A DNA stretch of 64,000 nucleotides from Octopus sinensis (lineage: Eukaryota): contig NC_043000.1 in NCBI RefSeq assembly GCF_006345805.1, forward strand, positions 21,700,001 through 21,764,000, in the 5' to 3' direction. Below are positions 23,600-37,700 of this stretch, piece by piece. The notes beneath the pieces were generated by a model, which searched no databases, was not told where the DNA came from, and saw nothing but the letters and a program-made list of their open reading frames with translations. Each line of letters opens with the position of its first letter. Within the stretch, counting starts at the first letter, position 1. A program made the translations under genes and the position numbers.

Positions 23600-25500
23600 A
23601 CAGGGTAGGCCATAATGATGGGACACATTTTAAATGCTAGTATCTTGGATTATAAAAATGACAGGGTGCCAAATATATTTATTACGTAACTGATATACAG
23701 GAATTCAGCATATTATCAAAGACTTCTCTATTTTCTACAGGTAGTTGATGTTGGTGACCCTCATAATGTTGTGGACTCCAAAAGAAATTGCATACATGGT
23801 GAAAGCATACTTCACCAGCCAAAGATCCATCGTAACAGCCCAAAGAAAATTCCAGCAGTGTTTTGGGAAGCAACAGGAACCATCCCAAAAGGTGATCTGC
23901 ATGCTGTTACAAACTTTTGTAAGATAGACAACACCAAGAAAAAAAAATCCCTAGATGAACCTCAGATATATTATTTCTTTATTGCCCACAAGGGGCTAAA
24001 CATAGAGGGGACAAACAAGGACAGACAAGGAGATTAAGTCGATTACATCGACAGTACGTAACTGGTACTTAATTTATTGACCCCGGAAGGATGAAAGGCA
24101 AAGTCAACCTCAGTGGAATTTGAACTCAGAACGTAACGGCAGGTGAAATACTGCTAAGCATTTTGCCCACCATGCTAACGTTTCTGTCAGCTTGCTGCCT
24201 CAGATACTTTGTAGTGCAGAGAACTGCCAGAGTGTGAGGAATGCTATTAAGTCTCCCAAAGCCCACACATTGATTGGCTCAACTGTTGAATATTTCAGAT
24301 ACCAGTGTCAAAAGGATTTTTAAACAAGACCTACTCTGGTATCCATATTAGATATAATTAGGGCAGCAATTGCTCCCACCAAATAAGATGCAAAGAAATA
24401 GTTTTAGTGGTTGGTTTGTCAATATATGCAGAGAGGAAGAAGACTTTATCTATCACTTACTCATTACTCACATCAGATGAAGTTCATTTTAACCTTTTTG
24501 GCTATGTTGATAAGCAAAATTGTAGGTTTTGCAGTAGTGAAAGTCCTCAAATCATGCATGAAAGGTCTTTGCACTGTGAGAGGGCTACAGAGTGGTGTGC
24601 AGTGACTTATGCATGTGTGACTGGTCCTTGCTTTTTTGAAGACAAACATGGTGCAGCTGTAATGGTAACTGCTGAACACTACAACCATATATTGAAGACC
24701 TTGTTCTTTCCCAAGTTACAAAGACTTATCTCTTTATTGCTCTCAGGGGGCTAAAGATAGAGGGGACAAACAAGGACAGACAACGGGATTAAGTCAATTA
24801 CATCGACCCCAGAGCATAACTGGTACTTAATTTATCAACCCCGAAAGGATGAAAGGCAAAGTCAACCTCAGCAGAAATTGAACTCAGAACGTAAAGACAT
24901 ACGAAATACCATTAAGCATTTTGCCTGACGTGCTAACGATTCTGCCAGCTCGCCGCCTTACAAGTTACATAAATGTGGATGCAACAAGATGGTGCAACTA
25001 GTCATAGAGTGTGACTATCAATGACAATTCATCAAGAACAATTCCCAGAACATCTCATTTTGAGATTTGGTGATATCTGCTGGCCATCCATATCATCATA
25101 TCTAACCTCAGTGGACTACTTTCTGTGGGATAGGGTCAGGGCTGGCTCAAGGTACTGGCAACACAGGCAGTTTCCTGGGGCATCATGTGCTGGGGTATGC
25201 CAAGGAGGGCATGACAAAGACAAGGAAATTCCCACAACCATCAGCTTGTACACACCAAAGTTCAGCTTTGTGCCTGGGGTGCCAGCAACCCTGGGCTAGC
25301 TCTGGGTTAGAGTATACACATGAAGGCCTCACACAGCAGTGGAACTTAAAACAAAGCAACTGTAGTGAGATTGCAGCCATTCCAGTTGAAATGCTAAGCT
25401 GCAGTGTGCTTGATATGAGAAAGTGAGCTCATGAATATTCCTATTTGCTATTTAATCTCTTAGGCTTAATTGAAACAGCTGTAAGGTACTATGTTTGATT
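23600..25500 (+). mobile_element. Tc1/mariner transposase remnant with two SINE-B insertions (~23973-24200, ~24727-24960)
   Basis: N-terminal HTH-like WTPKEIAYMVKAYF; SDEVHFNLFGYVDKQNCR; GPCFFED; GDICWPS...DYFLW; EIAAIPVEML. Confidence 0.75.
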
Positions 25501-25544
25501 TTTGCCGATAATGAATTAGTAGGTGTAGGAGTGGCTGTGTGACA

Positions 25545-26405
25545 CCAGGGGCATCCTGTCTTGAATTCCTCCGTTATTGCTTGGAGGACTATGATAAATA
25601 GGAGGGGGTTGAGGACTGAACCTTGGTGGACCCCAACCTCTACCCGGAATTCTTAGCTGTACTCGTTGCCAACCCTCACCTTACTAACAGCGTCCCAGTA
25701 CATGGCTCATACAGCTCTTGCTAACCATTCATCTATCCCTAGTTTCCACCAGATAAGGGATCGGGGGACCCTGTCAAAGGCTTTCTCCATGTCAACGAAA
25801 GCCAGGTACAGAGATTTATCTTTGGCTAGGTATTTATTCCTGCAGCTGTCTCACCAGAAATATGGCATCAGTAGTGCTTTTTCCTGGCACGAAACCAAAC
25901 TGCATCTCATCCAAGTTGACTCTCTCCTTAATCAGTTGGGCTATGACCCTCTCCGTAACCTTCATTACCTGATCCAACAGCTTGATACCTCTGTAATTAT
26001 TTGTATCTAGGGTGTCACCTTTACCTTTGTAGCAGTTGACTATTATGCTGCTACACCAGTCATTGGGTATGACTCCTTCGTGTATCACCTGGTTAACTAT
26101 ACAGGTGACTAGGCCATAGCCGACACTGCCAGATATTTTGAGCATCTCTGCAGTAATTCCTGATGGGCCTGGGGCTTTCCCTGTCTTCATGCTTCTGATT
26201 GCCTTAACTACCAAAGAACTGTCAACTCGGATAGCTGGTCCCTCTGTTGGGTCGACATTCAGCAGACTCTCTTTATCCCATTCATTTTCTTTATTCAGCA
26301 ACCTTTCATAGTGACATCTCCAAACCTCTCTCTTTGCATCCTCATTTAGCGCAAGTGAACCATCATCCATGTGAACACATTTCTCTCCTACCACATCATG
26401 ATTCT
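25545..26405 (-). mobile_element. RTE LINE reverse transcriptase fragment
   Basis: MKTGKAPGPSG, PNDWCSSIIVNCYKGKGD, NYRGIKLL, QFGFVPGKSTTDAIF, AFVDMEKAFDRV, GVHQGSVLNPLLF. Confidence 0.9.
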
Positions 26406-26573
26406 CTCTCACACAATAGAATAAGTACTAGGCTTACAAAGAATAAGTCCTGGGGTTGATTTACTCGACTAAAGGTGGTGCTCCAGCATGGCCACAGTCA
26501 CATGACTGACACAAGTAAAAGAGTAAATACTATATCTCCATTTTCTTACTTTCCTATGAAGGATCATAAACCA

Positions 26574-26628
<55 letters not shown>

Positions 26629-26639
26629 TATATGATATA

Positions 26640-28745
26640 TCATCATCATCATCATCATCATCATCATTTAACGTCCGCTTTCCATGCTAGCATGGGTTGG
26701 ACGGTTCAACTGGGGTCTGGGGAGCCCGAAAGCTGCACCAGTCCAGTCAGATCTGGCAGTGTTTCTACAGCTGGATGCCCTTCCTAACGCCAACCACTCC
26801 GAGAGTGTAGTGGGTGATTTTATGTGCCACCGACACAGGTGCCAGACGAGGCTGGCAAACGGCCACGCTCGGATGGTGTTTTTATGTGCCACCGACACAG
26901 GTGCCAGACGAGGCTGGCAGACGGCCACGCTCGGATGATGTTTTTTATGTGCCACCGACACAGGTGCCAGACGAGGCTGGCAGACGGCCACGCTCGGATG
27001 GTGTTTTTATGTGCCACCGACACAGGTGCCAGATGAGGCTGGCAAACGGCCACGATCGGATGGTGCTTGTTACGTGCCCACAGCACGGAGGCCAGTCGAT
27101 GCGGTACTGGCTACGGCCACGTTCGGATGGTTTTCTTATGTGCCACGTGCCACCGGCACTGGTACCACAAAGATACAAATTCCATTGATGTTCATCTATT
27201 TTGTCTATTTTGATTTGATTTGATTTTCACTTGCCTCAACCGGTCTTCACAAGTGTCACAAGAAGGAAGGTATGCACAGGTGGACTGACTAGTCTTGCCG
27301 GGTCTTCGGAAGGTGTTTTTATGTGCCACCGACACAGGTGCCAGATGAGGCTGGCGAACGGCCATGATCGGATGGTGTTTGTTACGTGCCCACAGCACGG
27401 AGGCCGGTCGATGCGGAACTGGCTACGGCCACGTTCGGATGGTTCTCTTGTGTGCCACCGGCACTGGTACCACAAAGTGTGTGCCACCGGCACTGGTACC
27501 ACAAAGATACAGATTCCATTGATGTTCATCTATTTTGATTTGTTTTGATTTGATTTTCACTTGCCTCAACAGGTCTTCACAAGTGTCACAAGAAGAAGGT
27601 ATGCACAGGTGGACTGACTACGTCCCAGGTAGGGGCCATGGGTTATGGCCTGACTAGTCTTGCCGGGTCTTCGGATGGTGTTTTTATGTGCCACCGACAC
27701 AGGTGCTAGATGAGGCTGGCGAACGGCCACGATCGGATGGTGTTTGTCATGTGCCCACAGCACGGAGGCCAGTCGATGCGGTACTGGCTACGGCCACTTT
27801 CGGATGGTTTTCTCTTGTGTGCCACCGGCACTGGTACCACAAAGATACAAATTCCATTGATGTTCATCTATTTTGATTTGTTTTGATTTGATTTTGATTT
27901 GATTTTCACTTGCCTCAACAGGCCTTCACAAGTATCACAAGGAGGAAGGTATGCACAGGTGGACTGACTACGTCCCAGGTAGGGGCCATGGTTTATGGCC
28001 TGACTAGTCTTGCCGGGTCTTCGGATGGTGTTTTTATGTGCCACCGACACAGGTGCTAGATGAGGCTGGCGAACGGCCACGACCGGATGGTGTTTGTTAT
28101 GTGCCCACAGCACGATGGCCAGTGATGCGGTACTGACTACGGCCATGTTCGGATGGATTCTTGTGTGCCACCGGCACTGGTACCACAAGCGGTACTGACT
28201 ACTTTTTATGTGCCACCGACACAGGTGCTAGATGAGGCTGGCGAACGGCCACGACCGGATGGTGTTTGTTATGTGCCCACAGCACGATGGCGAGTGATGC
28301 GGTACTGACTACGGCCACGTTCGGATGGATTCTTGTGTGCCACCGGCACTGGTACCACAAGCGGTACTGACTACGGCCACGTTCGGATGGATTCTTGTGT
28401 GCCACCGGCACTGGTACTACAAGCGGTACTGACTACGGCCACGTTCGGATGGATTCTTGTGTGCCACCGGCACTGGTACCACAAGGATACAAATTCCATT
28501 GATGTTCATCTATTTTGATTGTTTTGATTTGATTTGATTTTCACTTGCCTCAGCAGGTCTTCACAAGTGTCACAAGAAGGAAGGTATGTACAGGTGGACT
28601 GACTACGTCCCAGGTAGGGCCCACGGGTTATGACCTGACTAGTCTTGCCGGGTCTTCGGATGGTGTTTTTATGTGCCACCATGTTCCCACAGCACGGAGG
28701 CCAGTCGATGCGGTACTGGCTACGGCCACGTTCGGATGGTTTTCT
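26640..28745 (-). repeat. RTE 3'UTR element with repeatedly duplicated 3'UTR modules
   Basis: (CAT)n tail at ~26641; block 'gatacaaattccattgatgttcatctatttt' at ~27172, 27507, 27844 and 28486. Confidence 0.8.
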
Positions 28746-29176
28746 ATATATTATTAATAGTTAGGGAAGGTCGCCAAAAACCCGACCATGCAACAGGATG
28801 TATTGGATTCCATGAGAAACGTCACAAGTGACCTGACTATACATACATGCATACAAAGAGAGAGTGGACGAGAGAGAGAGTGGATGAGAGAGTGTGCATG
28901 TGTGTGTGTTGGTTAGGAATTAAGATAAAAATAGTGACAGCTTGCTTCACTTTGTGACATTACACCCTTTTCATTCATGACGAGCTGTTCAATAATGAAT
29001 TTTAAAATGGCAGCCAGAAGAAAATAATCGTCCAACTATTTTCTGAAATGATTGAATAGAAGAAACTAAGGTGTGCTACGTCTGAGTTGTCTAAATTACT
29101 TATATATTGGGTCAGAGATTAAGATAAAAGACTGCAATAGAAATATGGGAAGATAAAAATAGTCATAGACAGATAA

Positions 29177-31520
29177 ATAGGTAGGTAGGTAGGTATGTAG
29201 GCTGGCAGGTAGGTAGGTTGGTGGTAGTTAGGTAGGTAGGTAGCTAGGTAGGTAGATTGGTAGGTAGGTAGGTAGGTAGGTTGGTTGGTAGGTAGGTAGG
29301 TAGGCAGGCAGGTAGGTATGTAGGCAGGCAGGTAGGTAGGTAGGTAGGTAGGTAGGTTGGTAGGTAGGTTGGTTGTAGGTAGGTAGGTAGGTAGGTAGGT
29401 TGGTAGGTAGGCTGGTAGGTAGGTAGGCAGGCAGGTATGTAGGCAGGTAGGTTGGTAGGTAGGTAGGTAGGCAGGCAGGTAGGTTGGTGGTAGGTAGGTT
29501 GGTAGGTAGGTAGGTAGGCAGGCAGGTAGGTATGTAGACAGGCAGGTAGGTAGGTTTGTAGGTAGGTTGGTAGGTAGGTAGCTAGGTAGGTAGGCAGGCA
29601 GGTAGGTTGGTAGGTTGGTGGTAGGTAGGTAGCTAGGTAGGTAGGTAGCTAGGTTGGTATGTAGGTAGGTTGGTAGGTATGTAGGTAAGTAGGTAGGTTG
29701 GTGGTAGGTAAGTAGGTAGGTAAGTTTCTTTATTGGCCACACAGGGCTGCACACAGATGGGACAAGTTACAAGGTAGAGCTTTTCTTTTGGGGGATGAGA
29801 AAAACAAAAACAAAAAAGGGGGTGGCGTAGGTTTTCGATCAAGAGGGATCGTAAAAGGGAAGAAAAGAACAAAAAGAAAAAAGAAAAATAAAGAAATAAA
29901 TAAAAGAAAAAAGAAAAAAAAGGAAAAGGAACAAAAGAAAAGAGAAATGAAAAAATAAGAAAAAAGGGGAAGAGGGAAAAAAACGATCAATAGGGATCGT
30001 GTATCACAGTGTTATGATATATGGTGTAAAGGGGAAAGCAAGTAAGGTTTATCCGTGGGAAGAAAAGCCTACGAAAAAGACCACGGTAACCTTGGTCAAT
30101 ATTGTTATATGTTACCACATTTGTTTGCAAGTGGGTAACCCTCTGTTTTCAATTTCTGGGTTCATAGGATTATGCTCAAGGTGGCTTCGTCATTCATACG
30201 TGCCATCCTTGCTACATTCACCCATCTTTTTTTAAAACATTCGCTAGACAAAACTTGCCTCTCTACTCTCACTTTCCTTTTCAAGTGGTCCTTGAAGAAG
30301 TTGATGAGAGATTGACCAGAGAGGAAAGTGCTTGTCTCCAATCCTTTCAGACGCGTCCACCAGATACATTCTTTTGCCATAGCCACAAGGATGATGAAAA
30401 TAGCTCTTCCTTCCCGTTTGAAGGAAGGAGGCGTGACAATATTGACGATAGACTCAGCTGATAAACCGACTCGTCCCACACGTGACAGCAGTTGTTCGAC
30501 ATAAGCCCACAGGTCGGAAATTGTTGGACACTGCACGAGTGCGTGCAGAACGGTTTCGTCGTTCTGACCGCATCTCGGGCAGGTCGGCCCCGTGTTTCTT
30601 GAGCCATGTCTGTAGAGCTTATCCCGTAGGTAGGTAGGTAGGCAGACAGGTAGGTAGGTATATAGGCAGGCAGGTAGGTAGGTAGGGAGGCAGGTTGGTA
30701 GGTAGGTAGGTAGGTAGGTAGGTAAGTAGGTAGGTAGGCAGGCAGGTAGGTTGGTTGGTAGGTAGGTAGGTAGATAGGTTGGTAGGTAGGTTGGTTGGTA
30801 GGTAGGTAGGTAGGTAGGCAGGCAGGTAGGTAGGTATATAGGCCGGCAGGTAGGTAGGTAGGGATGCAGGTTGGTAGGTAAGTAGGTAAGTAGGTAGGTT
30901 GGTTGGTAGGTAGGCAGGTAGGTATGTAGGTAGGCAGGCAGACAGGTAGGTAGGTAGGTAGACAGGCAGATAGGTAGGTAGACAGGCAGGTAGGTAGGTA
31001 GGTAGGTTGGTAGGAAGGCAGGTACAAAGGTAGGTATGTAGGTAAGTAGGTAGGTTGGTGGTAGGTAGGTAGCTAGGTTGGTAGCTAGGTAGGTAGGTTG
31101 GTTGGTAGGTAGGTAGGTTGGTAGGAAGACAGGTTGGTAGGTTGGTGGTAAGTTGGTAGGTAGCTAGGCAGGCAGGTAGGTAGGTAGGTATGCTGGTGGT
31201 AGGTAGGTAGGTAGGTAGGTTGGTAGGTAGATATGTTGGTTGGTAGGTAGGTTGGTTGATAGGTAGGCAGGTAGGTAGGTATATAGGCAGGCAGGTAGGT
31301 AGGTAGGTAAGTAGGTATGTAGGTAGGCTGGTTGGTAGGTAGGTTGGTAGGCAGGTAGGTATGTAGGTAGGCAGACAGGTAGGTAGGTAGGTTGGTAGGA
31401 AGGCAGGTAGGTAGGCAGGCAGGTAGGTAGGTAGGTAGGTAGGTGTGTAGGCAGGTAGGTAGGTAGGTAGGTAGGTATGTATGTATGTAGGCAGGTAGGT
31501 ACGTAGGTAGGCTAGCTTGC
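29177..31520. repeat. Degenerate (GGTA)n microsatellite, split by a Tx1 fragment
   Basis: GGTA/GGCA/GGTT tracts at 29177-29722 and 30626-31520. Confidence 0.95.
29724..30628 (-). mobile_element. 5'-truncated Tx1/L1-clade LINE 3' end
   Basis: RDKLYRHG...CPRCGQNDETVLHALVQCP zinc knuckle, ORF2 end, purine/pyrimidine-biased 3'UTR, tail gtggccaataaagaaac. Confidence 0.8.
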
Positions 31521-31831
31521 AGGCAGGTAGACAAACAATTAGATGGCATTTCCTATTGGGAAGAAAATAACTTATTAAAATTTAACAGAAAAACAAATAC
31601 TTATTCATAAGTTTTCTTAAAAGAAATTTGAAAAACAGAAGTTTATCATTTTCTTACTGATTGTAATAAACATTTAAAAAAAAAAGGAATATATCATTTC
31701 TGAAAGTAGTAGCTTCATGCCTTAAAAGATTGTAATGATAAATATGTGTGTGTCTGTGACAGACAGACAGAGGGCAGGAGCAAGAGAGATGAGTGGCTGC
31801 AAACAAAACTGGGAATTACATTATAGATAGA

Positions 31832-32224
31832 CTAGCAGTATCGCCCGGCATTGCTTGGGTTTGTTTCGACCCTTTAGAATTGGAATTTTTGAAAAGTAAA
31901 AACTTTGCATTATGTAGCTTGTTATTCTCTTTAAGTGAACATTTTACTGGTTGAAATACACCGAAAGGTAGCGGCTCAGCAGTCAAAAAAATCGTAAAAA
32001 ATAGGGATTTTCATAGAAAAAAAGCACCTTTTTGATGTAAATAATTTTTGGTCTTAACATGGTCCAATTTGAATTTTTTCTTCTACAGAAGGAAGAGCAA
32101 GCCTTCATCTATCATACTCTTAATTTTGGTCAACTTGCGCCGCAGGGTCTCAGAGGAGATAGTGTTAGTTGAAGGCTACCAAACCTGCCATACACAAACA
32201 ACCTCAGCTTTATATATATAGAGA
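31832..32224 (-). mobile_element. Non-autonomous Helitron
   Basis: Minus strand A|TCTCTATATATATAAAG ... cccaagcaatgccgggcgatactgCTAG|T; homologous to 41195-41585. Confidence 0.8.
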
Positions 32225-32458
32225 TTTGGCAAAAATTATTGTAGCAATTATACAGAACCTTGGTGCATCATCAGCTGTTTTCTGTTCACTAATAACACAA
32301 TTTCAACTGCTGGTAGGGACACCGTATTTCAGTGTTCCTCAACCATTTTACCCTTGCTTAACCCTTAAAATGAATTACATGTCTCAAGGAACCCCTGCAC
32401 AAGAAATATTATAGACCATATCTTTCTCATTTTTTACATCGTAGTTTACACAGTAAAT

Positions 32459-32506
<48 letters not shown>

Positions 32507-34449
32507 CATGCACATATGCACGCTTATATGTGCGCACACACACACACACACACACATATATATCTATGGTCATGTACTACGGATGGATCAGGAGAGATGT
32601 GTGAAGAAAAGTGCCACTCCCAAACAGTTGAAGGAATCTGAGGTAGAGGTAGACCCAGGAAGTCATGGGATGAGGTGGTCAAGCATGATCTTCGAATGTT
32701 GGGCCTCACAGAGGCAATAACGAAACACCAAGACCTCTGGAAATATGCTGTGACTGCAAAGACCTGACAAATAAAGTGAGTTCATGGCTCACAGGACGGC
32801 CTGCTGTGCTTACTTTGGATCGTAGGGCAACCTGCTGTGCTTGAGGAGACCTATTGAGTCAAGTACATCAACAACAAAATAAAAATCAAATGGAAATTGT
32901 ATTTGTAATACCCGAATGTGCCCGATGCCAGCACCACCCTGACTGGCGTCCATGTCGGTGGCACATGAAAAGCACCCACTACACTCACAGAGTGGTTGGC
33001 GTTAGGAAGGGCATCAAGCTGTAGAAACACTGCCAGATCAGACTGGAGCATGGTGCAGCCTCCTGGCTTCCCAGACCCCAGTCAAACCATCCAGCCCATG
33101 TTAGCATGGAAAACGAACATTAAACGGACGTTAAATGATGATGATGATGATGGTGATATATATATATAGGGTGTCCATAAATTACAGACATCACTAAATA
33201 TATCCCCAATGGTTGTTATATTTTTGGGGTAATATAATAGGTTAGATAGGATGATGTCTATATTACAATTATTTCAATAACCAATAATATGTTGTGCATG
33301 TATAGTAATATTACAATCATAAAATTAGCGTTAGCTTATCTCACTCTTTCTCACAGAACCCCTCGGAACCTCTTGTGGAACCCTGGTTGAGAAACGCTGC
33401 CATATTTTGTTTTGCAACCATGATATATTACCAAGTATATTGAAGTATTATGAGTCAGTACTGTGTCCTTTTGTGTTAGCAATGCAATTCAGTCAGTTTT
33501 AAGTTTACCTCTAAAGATTTTCGATAGAATTTAGAGTCAGCACTGAAAGTTATGACGTTTTGTATATGAAAACATTCATGTAAACAATACTATCAGTTGT
33601 GATTTTAGTTTTGATTACATGATTTTGATTGTCTTGATTGCTGTTATATGCCTGCACTGCGACTGCGCGGAGTTCTGTTCTGTTTGCAGACAACATGTTC
33701 AGCGTTGATTTTAGTTAGTCGAGAATGTAGAAACTCGCTGCATAAAAAATGTTATTGCGTTGAAGTTTGGTTTTGCTTACAATTTAGCAATCTTTGTTTG
33801 TATTGTATATTGCTGTATCTTTAGTTGATTAAAACTTTTTAAACTTTGATATTCGAGTTTGGGTTTATAACACTATCAAAGATAGAAAAATAGGTATATG
33901 GGTGTATATGCTTATTTTGGAGTTATTACTCCTGCTTCAGCACAACATCCTACCCATTAATCATCCACAAACACATTGCTTAAATAAATTTAGAGATGTA
34001 ACACTATTGGATATACCAATTTACACATTAAACACATTCTTTGTAACTGAAACATCATCATCATTGTTTAACGTCTGCTTTCCCTGCGAGCATGGGTTGG
34101 ACAATTTTGACTGAGGGCTGGCGAACCAGATGGCTGCACCAGGCTCCAATCTTGATCTGACAGAGTTTCTACACCTTGATGCCCTTCCTAACGCCAACCA
34201 CTCCGAGAGTGTAGTGGGTGCTTTTTATGTGCCACCAGCACGGGGCCAGTCAGGTGGGAAAATGAAGTGCTTTGCTCAACAACACAACACGTCGCCCAGT
34301 CCAGGAATCGAAACCACAATCTTATGATCATGGTGCTGACACCCTAACCACTAAGCCACGCGCCTCCACAAACATATGTATTAATGGCTGGTAGGGACAC
34401 TGTACTTCATTATGCAACAGTAATATACTACCAAGTATATAGTTAATAT

Positions 34450-34745
34450 GTGGAGGCACATGGCCTAGTAGTTAGAGCAGCGGATTCATGGTTGAGGGAT
34501 CGCGGGTTTGAATCTCAGACCAGGCGATGTGTGTGTTTATGAGCGAAACACCTAAGTTCCACGTGAAGGTAATGGTGAACTTCTGCTGACTCTTTCACAA
34601 CAACTTTCTCTCCCTCTTTCCTCCTGCATATTGCAGCTTACCTGTGATGGACTGGAGTCCCATCCAGGTGGGGAATCTGTACGCCAAGGAAACCGGGAAA
34701 CTGGCCCTATGAGCCAGGCATGGCTCAAGAAGGAACAAAGAACAA
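34450..34745 (+). mobile_element. tRNA-derived SINE with V-SINE-like 3' domain
   Basis: A-box tggcctagtagttagagc, B-box gggtttgaatctc, 'cctgtgatggactggagtcccatccagg' resembling the V-SINE domain by recollection. Confidence 0.5.
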
Positions 34746-37700
34746 TATAGTTAATATGGCAGCCTTCATTTCTGTAGCAGAGTGATTCAATCACTTCTAA
34801 TTTATCTTTCAGTGTTGCTAGCGTGGAAAACGGATGTTAAACGATGATGATGTTGGTGCTAAATTCTGTCAAGATAACTTAAAACCGAAAACACCTGACA
34901 AAAATGTTTTCAAAAATGTGTCTAAACTATAAGTATTATTATATCTGGTTTGAATATTTTGCCAGTACTGCCTGACTGGCCCCCATGCCGTGACATGTAA
35001 AAGGGCACCATTTGAGTGTGATCGTTATCAACGTCGCCTTACTGGCACTTGTGCCGGTGGCATGTGTAAAAAGATTCGAGCGAGGTCATTGCCAGTACCG
35101 CCTGACTGGCCCCCGTGCTGGTGGCTTGTAAAAAGCACCCACTACACTCTCGGACTGGTTGGCGTTAGGAAGGGCATCCAGCTGTAGAAACTCTGCCAGA
35201 TCAAGATTGGAGCCTGGTGCAGCCATCTGGTTCGTCAGCCCTCAGTAAAATCATCCAACCCATGCTAGCATAGAAAACGGACATTAAACGAATGATGATT
35301 TTTAAGAAAAACCATGAACCTTCTAAACACTCAGTACCTCACCACTTGACATTTGCTACATTTTTGTGGTCTCACAGCATTCCTAAGAAGGAATTACTGC
35401 ACTGGTTAAGAACCACTGGATTAGAAAGTAGAGCTGTTTTAAATTACTTCACAATCATTATAGCAACCAGACACGATGCTTCCATTATCATAACATGCAG
35501 ACAGACAAAGAATGTGATATGCTTTTTTGTAGATTATCAAGAATTAATTTCAGCTATATCTCAATCATTTATTTAGGCCAGTTATCACCTTTCTTCTGAT
35601 TACTATCAATGAAACCATGTCTTTCATTTGCTTTATTGTCTCTTAGCAACTTTGTTAAGATAAAAATCATATGTGTGGGGTTTGTTCTATATATAACAAA
35701 TCAGTTATTTTGTTTGCATACATATGTTCTCTTGAATAATAAATAACCCTTTAAACTTGATTAGCACAACAATTATTTTGATTATCAGATAATAAATAAT
35801 TAGTTTGCATGAATTCTATTTAAAATTTGGGCATTTGTAAACTTGTTTCATTTTTGTAGTTGAAGTGAAGTGTCAAATGGTTATTCTGACCAAAAGATAG
35901 CAGAACAGTGTTTTCCAGTCTTTCTAACTTAAGCTAGAGCTTAAAATATTTCACTTTTGTAACTGGTTTGCAAGATTCATGATATGAACTCATGTTACAA
36001 CAGGTTTTGCTGTCTCTTGGAGGGTCATTATGTCAATAATAAATACACACACTCATTCTATTTCACTTCTTTTATTATTGTTGGTTAACCATTTAACTAA
36101 TTAACTAAACAATTGTGTGATTAATTGCTAAGTCAATAAATCAATTAAGTCCTTTTGTTGCCATTCATAACCTCATCAATGACATGCCCTTTCACCAAAA
36201 AACAGAAAATCTGATAGAGTGAGTACCAGACAAGAAAAAAAAAAAAATAAATACTGGGGTTGATTTGTTTGACTAAAACCCTTCAAGGCAATGCCCCAGC
36301 ATGGCCACACTCCAATCACAGAAAGAAGTAAAAGAAGAAAAGAAAACAAAAGAAGTGTTTTCAGCCTGACATAAAAAGTGAGACTGGCTTGAACTTTAGA
36401 CTCATGAAACTGGACCTTAAATGGGTTTTTAAGGGATTTAGACTAAGAGAACATGACTACCCCTGAACCCGATGCCAGTCTGCTTCAGAGTTGATCCTTC
36501 AGTGCCACTGGTGCCAATTTTTAGCTTAGTGTAATGGAGCAAAAGGAAATGAAGAGTCTTGCTCAAGGACATGACATACCACCCAGCTAGAGAATTGAAC
36601 CCATGAACTTGTGATCACAAACACAACACTCTAACCACTTGGTCAAGTGCCTTCATTGTGTGACATTTAGTTGACATATTTTTTTAATGTGTTTACATTC
36701 CTTCTTGTCATAATTTGATATTATGATTTGTTGAAGTTGGTTATAATCTAGAGAAACTGTCACGGTAAACATAGCCATAAATTCAACTGTCACAATTGTG
36801 CCAAAACTAAAATTTGTTTACCTTTATTTGTTTACTCTTTTACTTGTTTCAGTCATTTGACTGTGGCCATGCTGGAGGACCTCTGTTAGTCGAGCGAATC
36901 GACCCCAGGACTTATTTTTTGGATGCCTAGTACTTATTCTATCGGTCTCTTTTGCCCAACCGCTAGATTACGGGGACATAAACACATCATCATCAGTTGT
37001 CAAGCGATGTTGGGGGGACAAACACAGATACACAAAAATATACACACAAACACACACACACACACACGCACACACACATATATATATATTTATATATATC
37101 TCTATATATAAAACTGAAATGCGTTTCCACCTCTTGGATCGCTTTCAAGGCCACTACATCCCGTCTGATTCACTCCAAAATTTACAGGGACATGTAAAAT
37201 CAGGTGACAATGCCCGTGGGCTACCTTAGAAATCCCTATCTTAAAAGGTGTCGTTGCTAGGGCCAAAAACCCACTTTGACAAGTCCACTCCGTTCTTTAA
37301 TGTATCTGTCTTCCTCAACTCACTCTCGCTATTTCCTCTCTTCCCAGCACTTTTTCACTCACTCTATTTCCTACCTTCCCATCACTTCAGCATTCTTTTA
37401 TGTATCTGTCTGCATTCATAGAGAGAATTACCATCGCCACAACCAACACACAATCATGGCAACAAATATTATGAATCTCGCCATTGCATTCTATTGTCTG
37501 CCTGTCAACGCGCCGATCAAGCAAATACAAACAGAACACACCCACGAGCGTTCGTGTTCTGGTGATAATGTAGGTTTTTCGTATCTATTACATTTTAACA
37601 TTTATTTAGAACCCTGCAAATTTTTCATGCTAAATTTTCATTTGTTACTACTTTATTATCTTTTCTTAAATTGATGCTTTTATTAAAATTAATTCTAATT

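Noticed and set aside
26800-28500. Repeat array as CRISPR-like
   Set aside because: No unique spacers or cas genes; units are RTE 3'UTR subrepeats in a eukaryotic context.
29119-31549. Long (PTYL)n ORFs
   Set aside because: Translation of the (TACC)n microsatellite.
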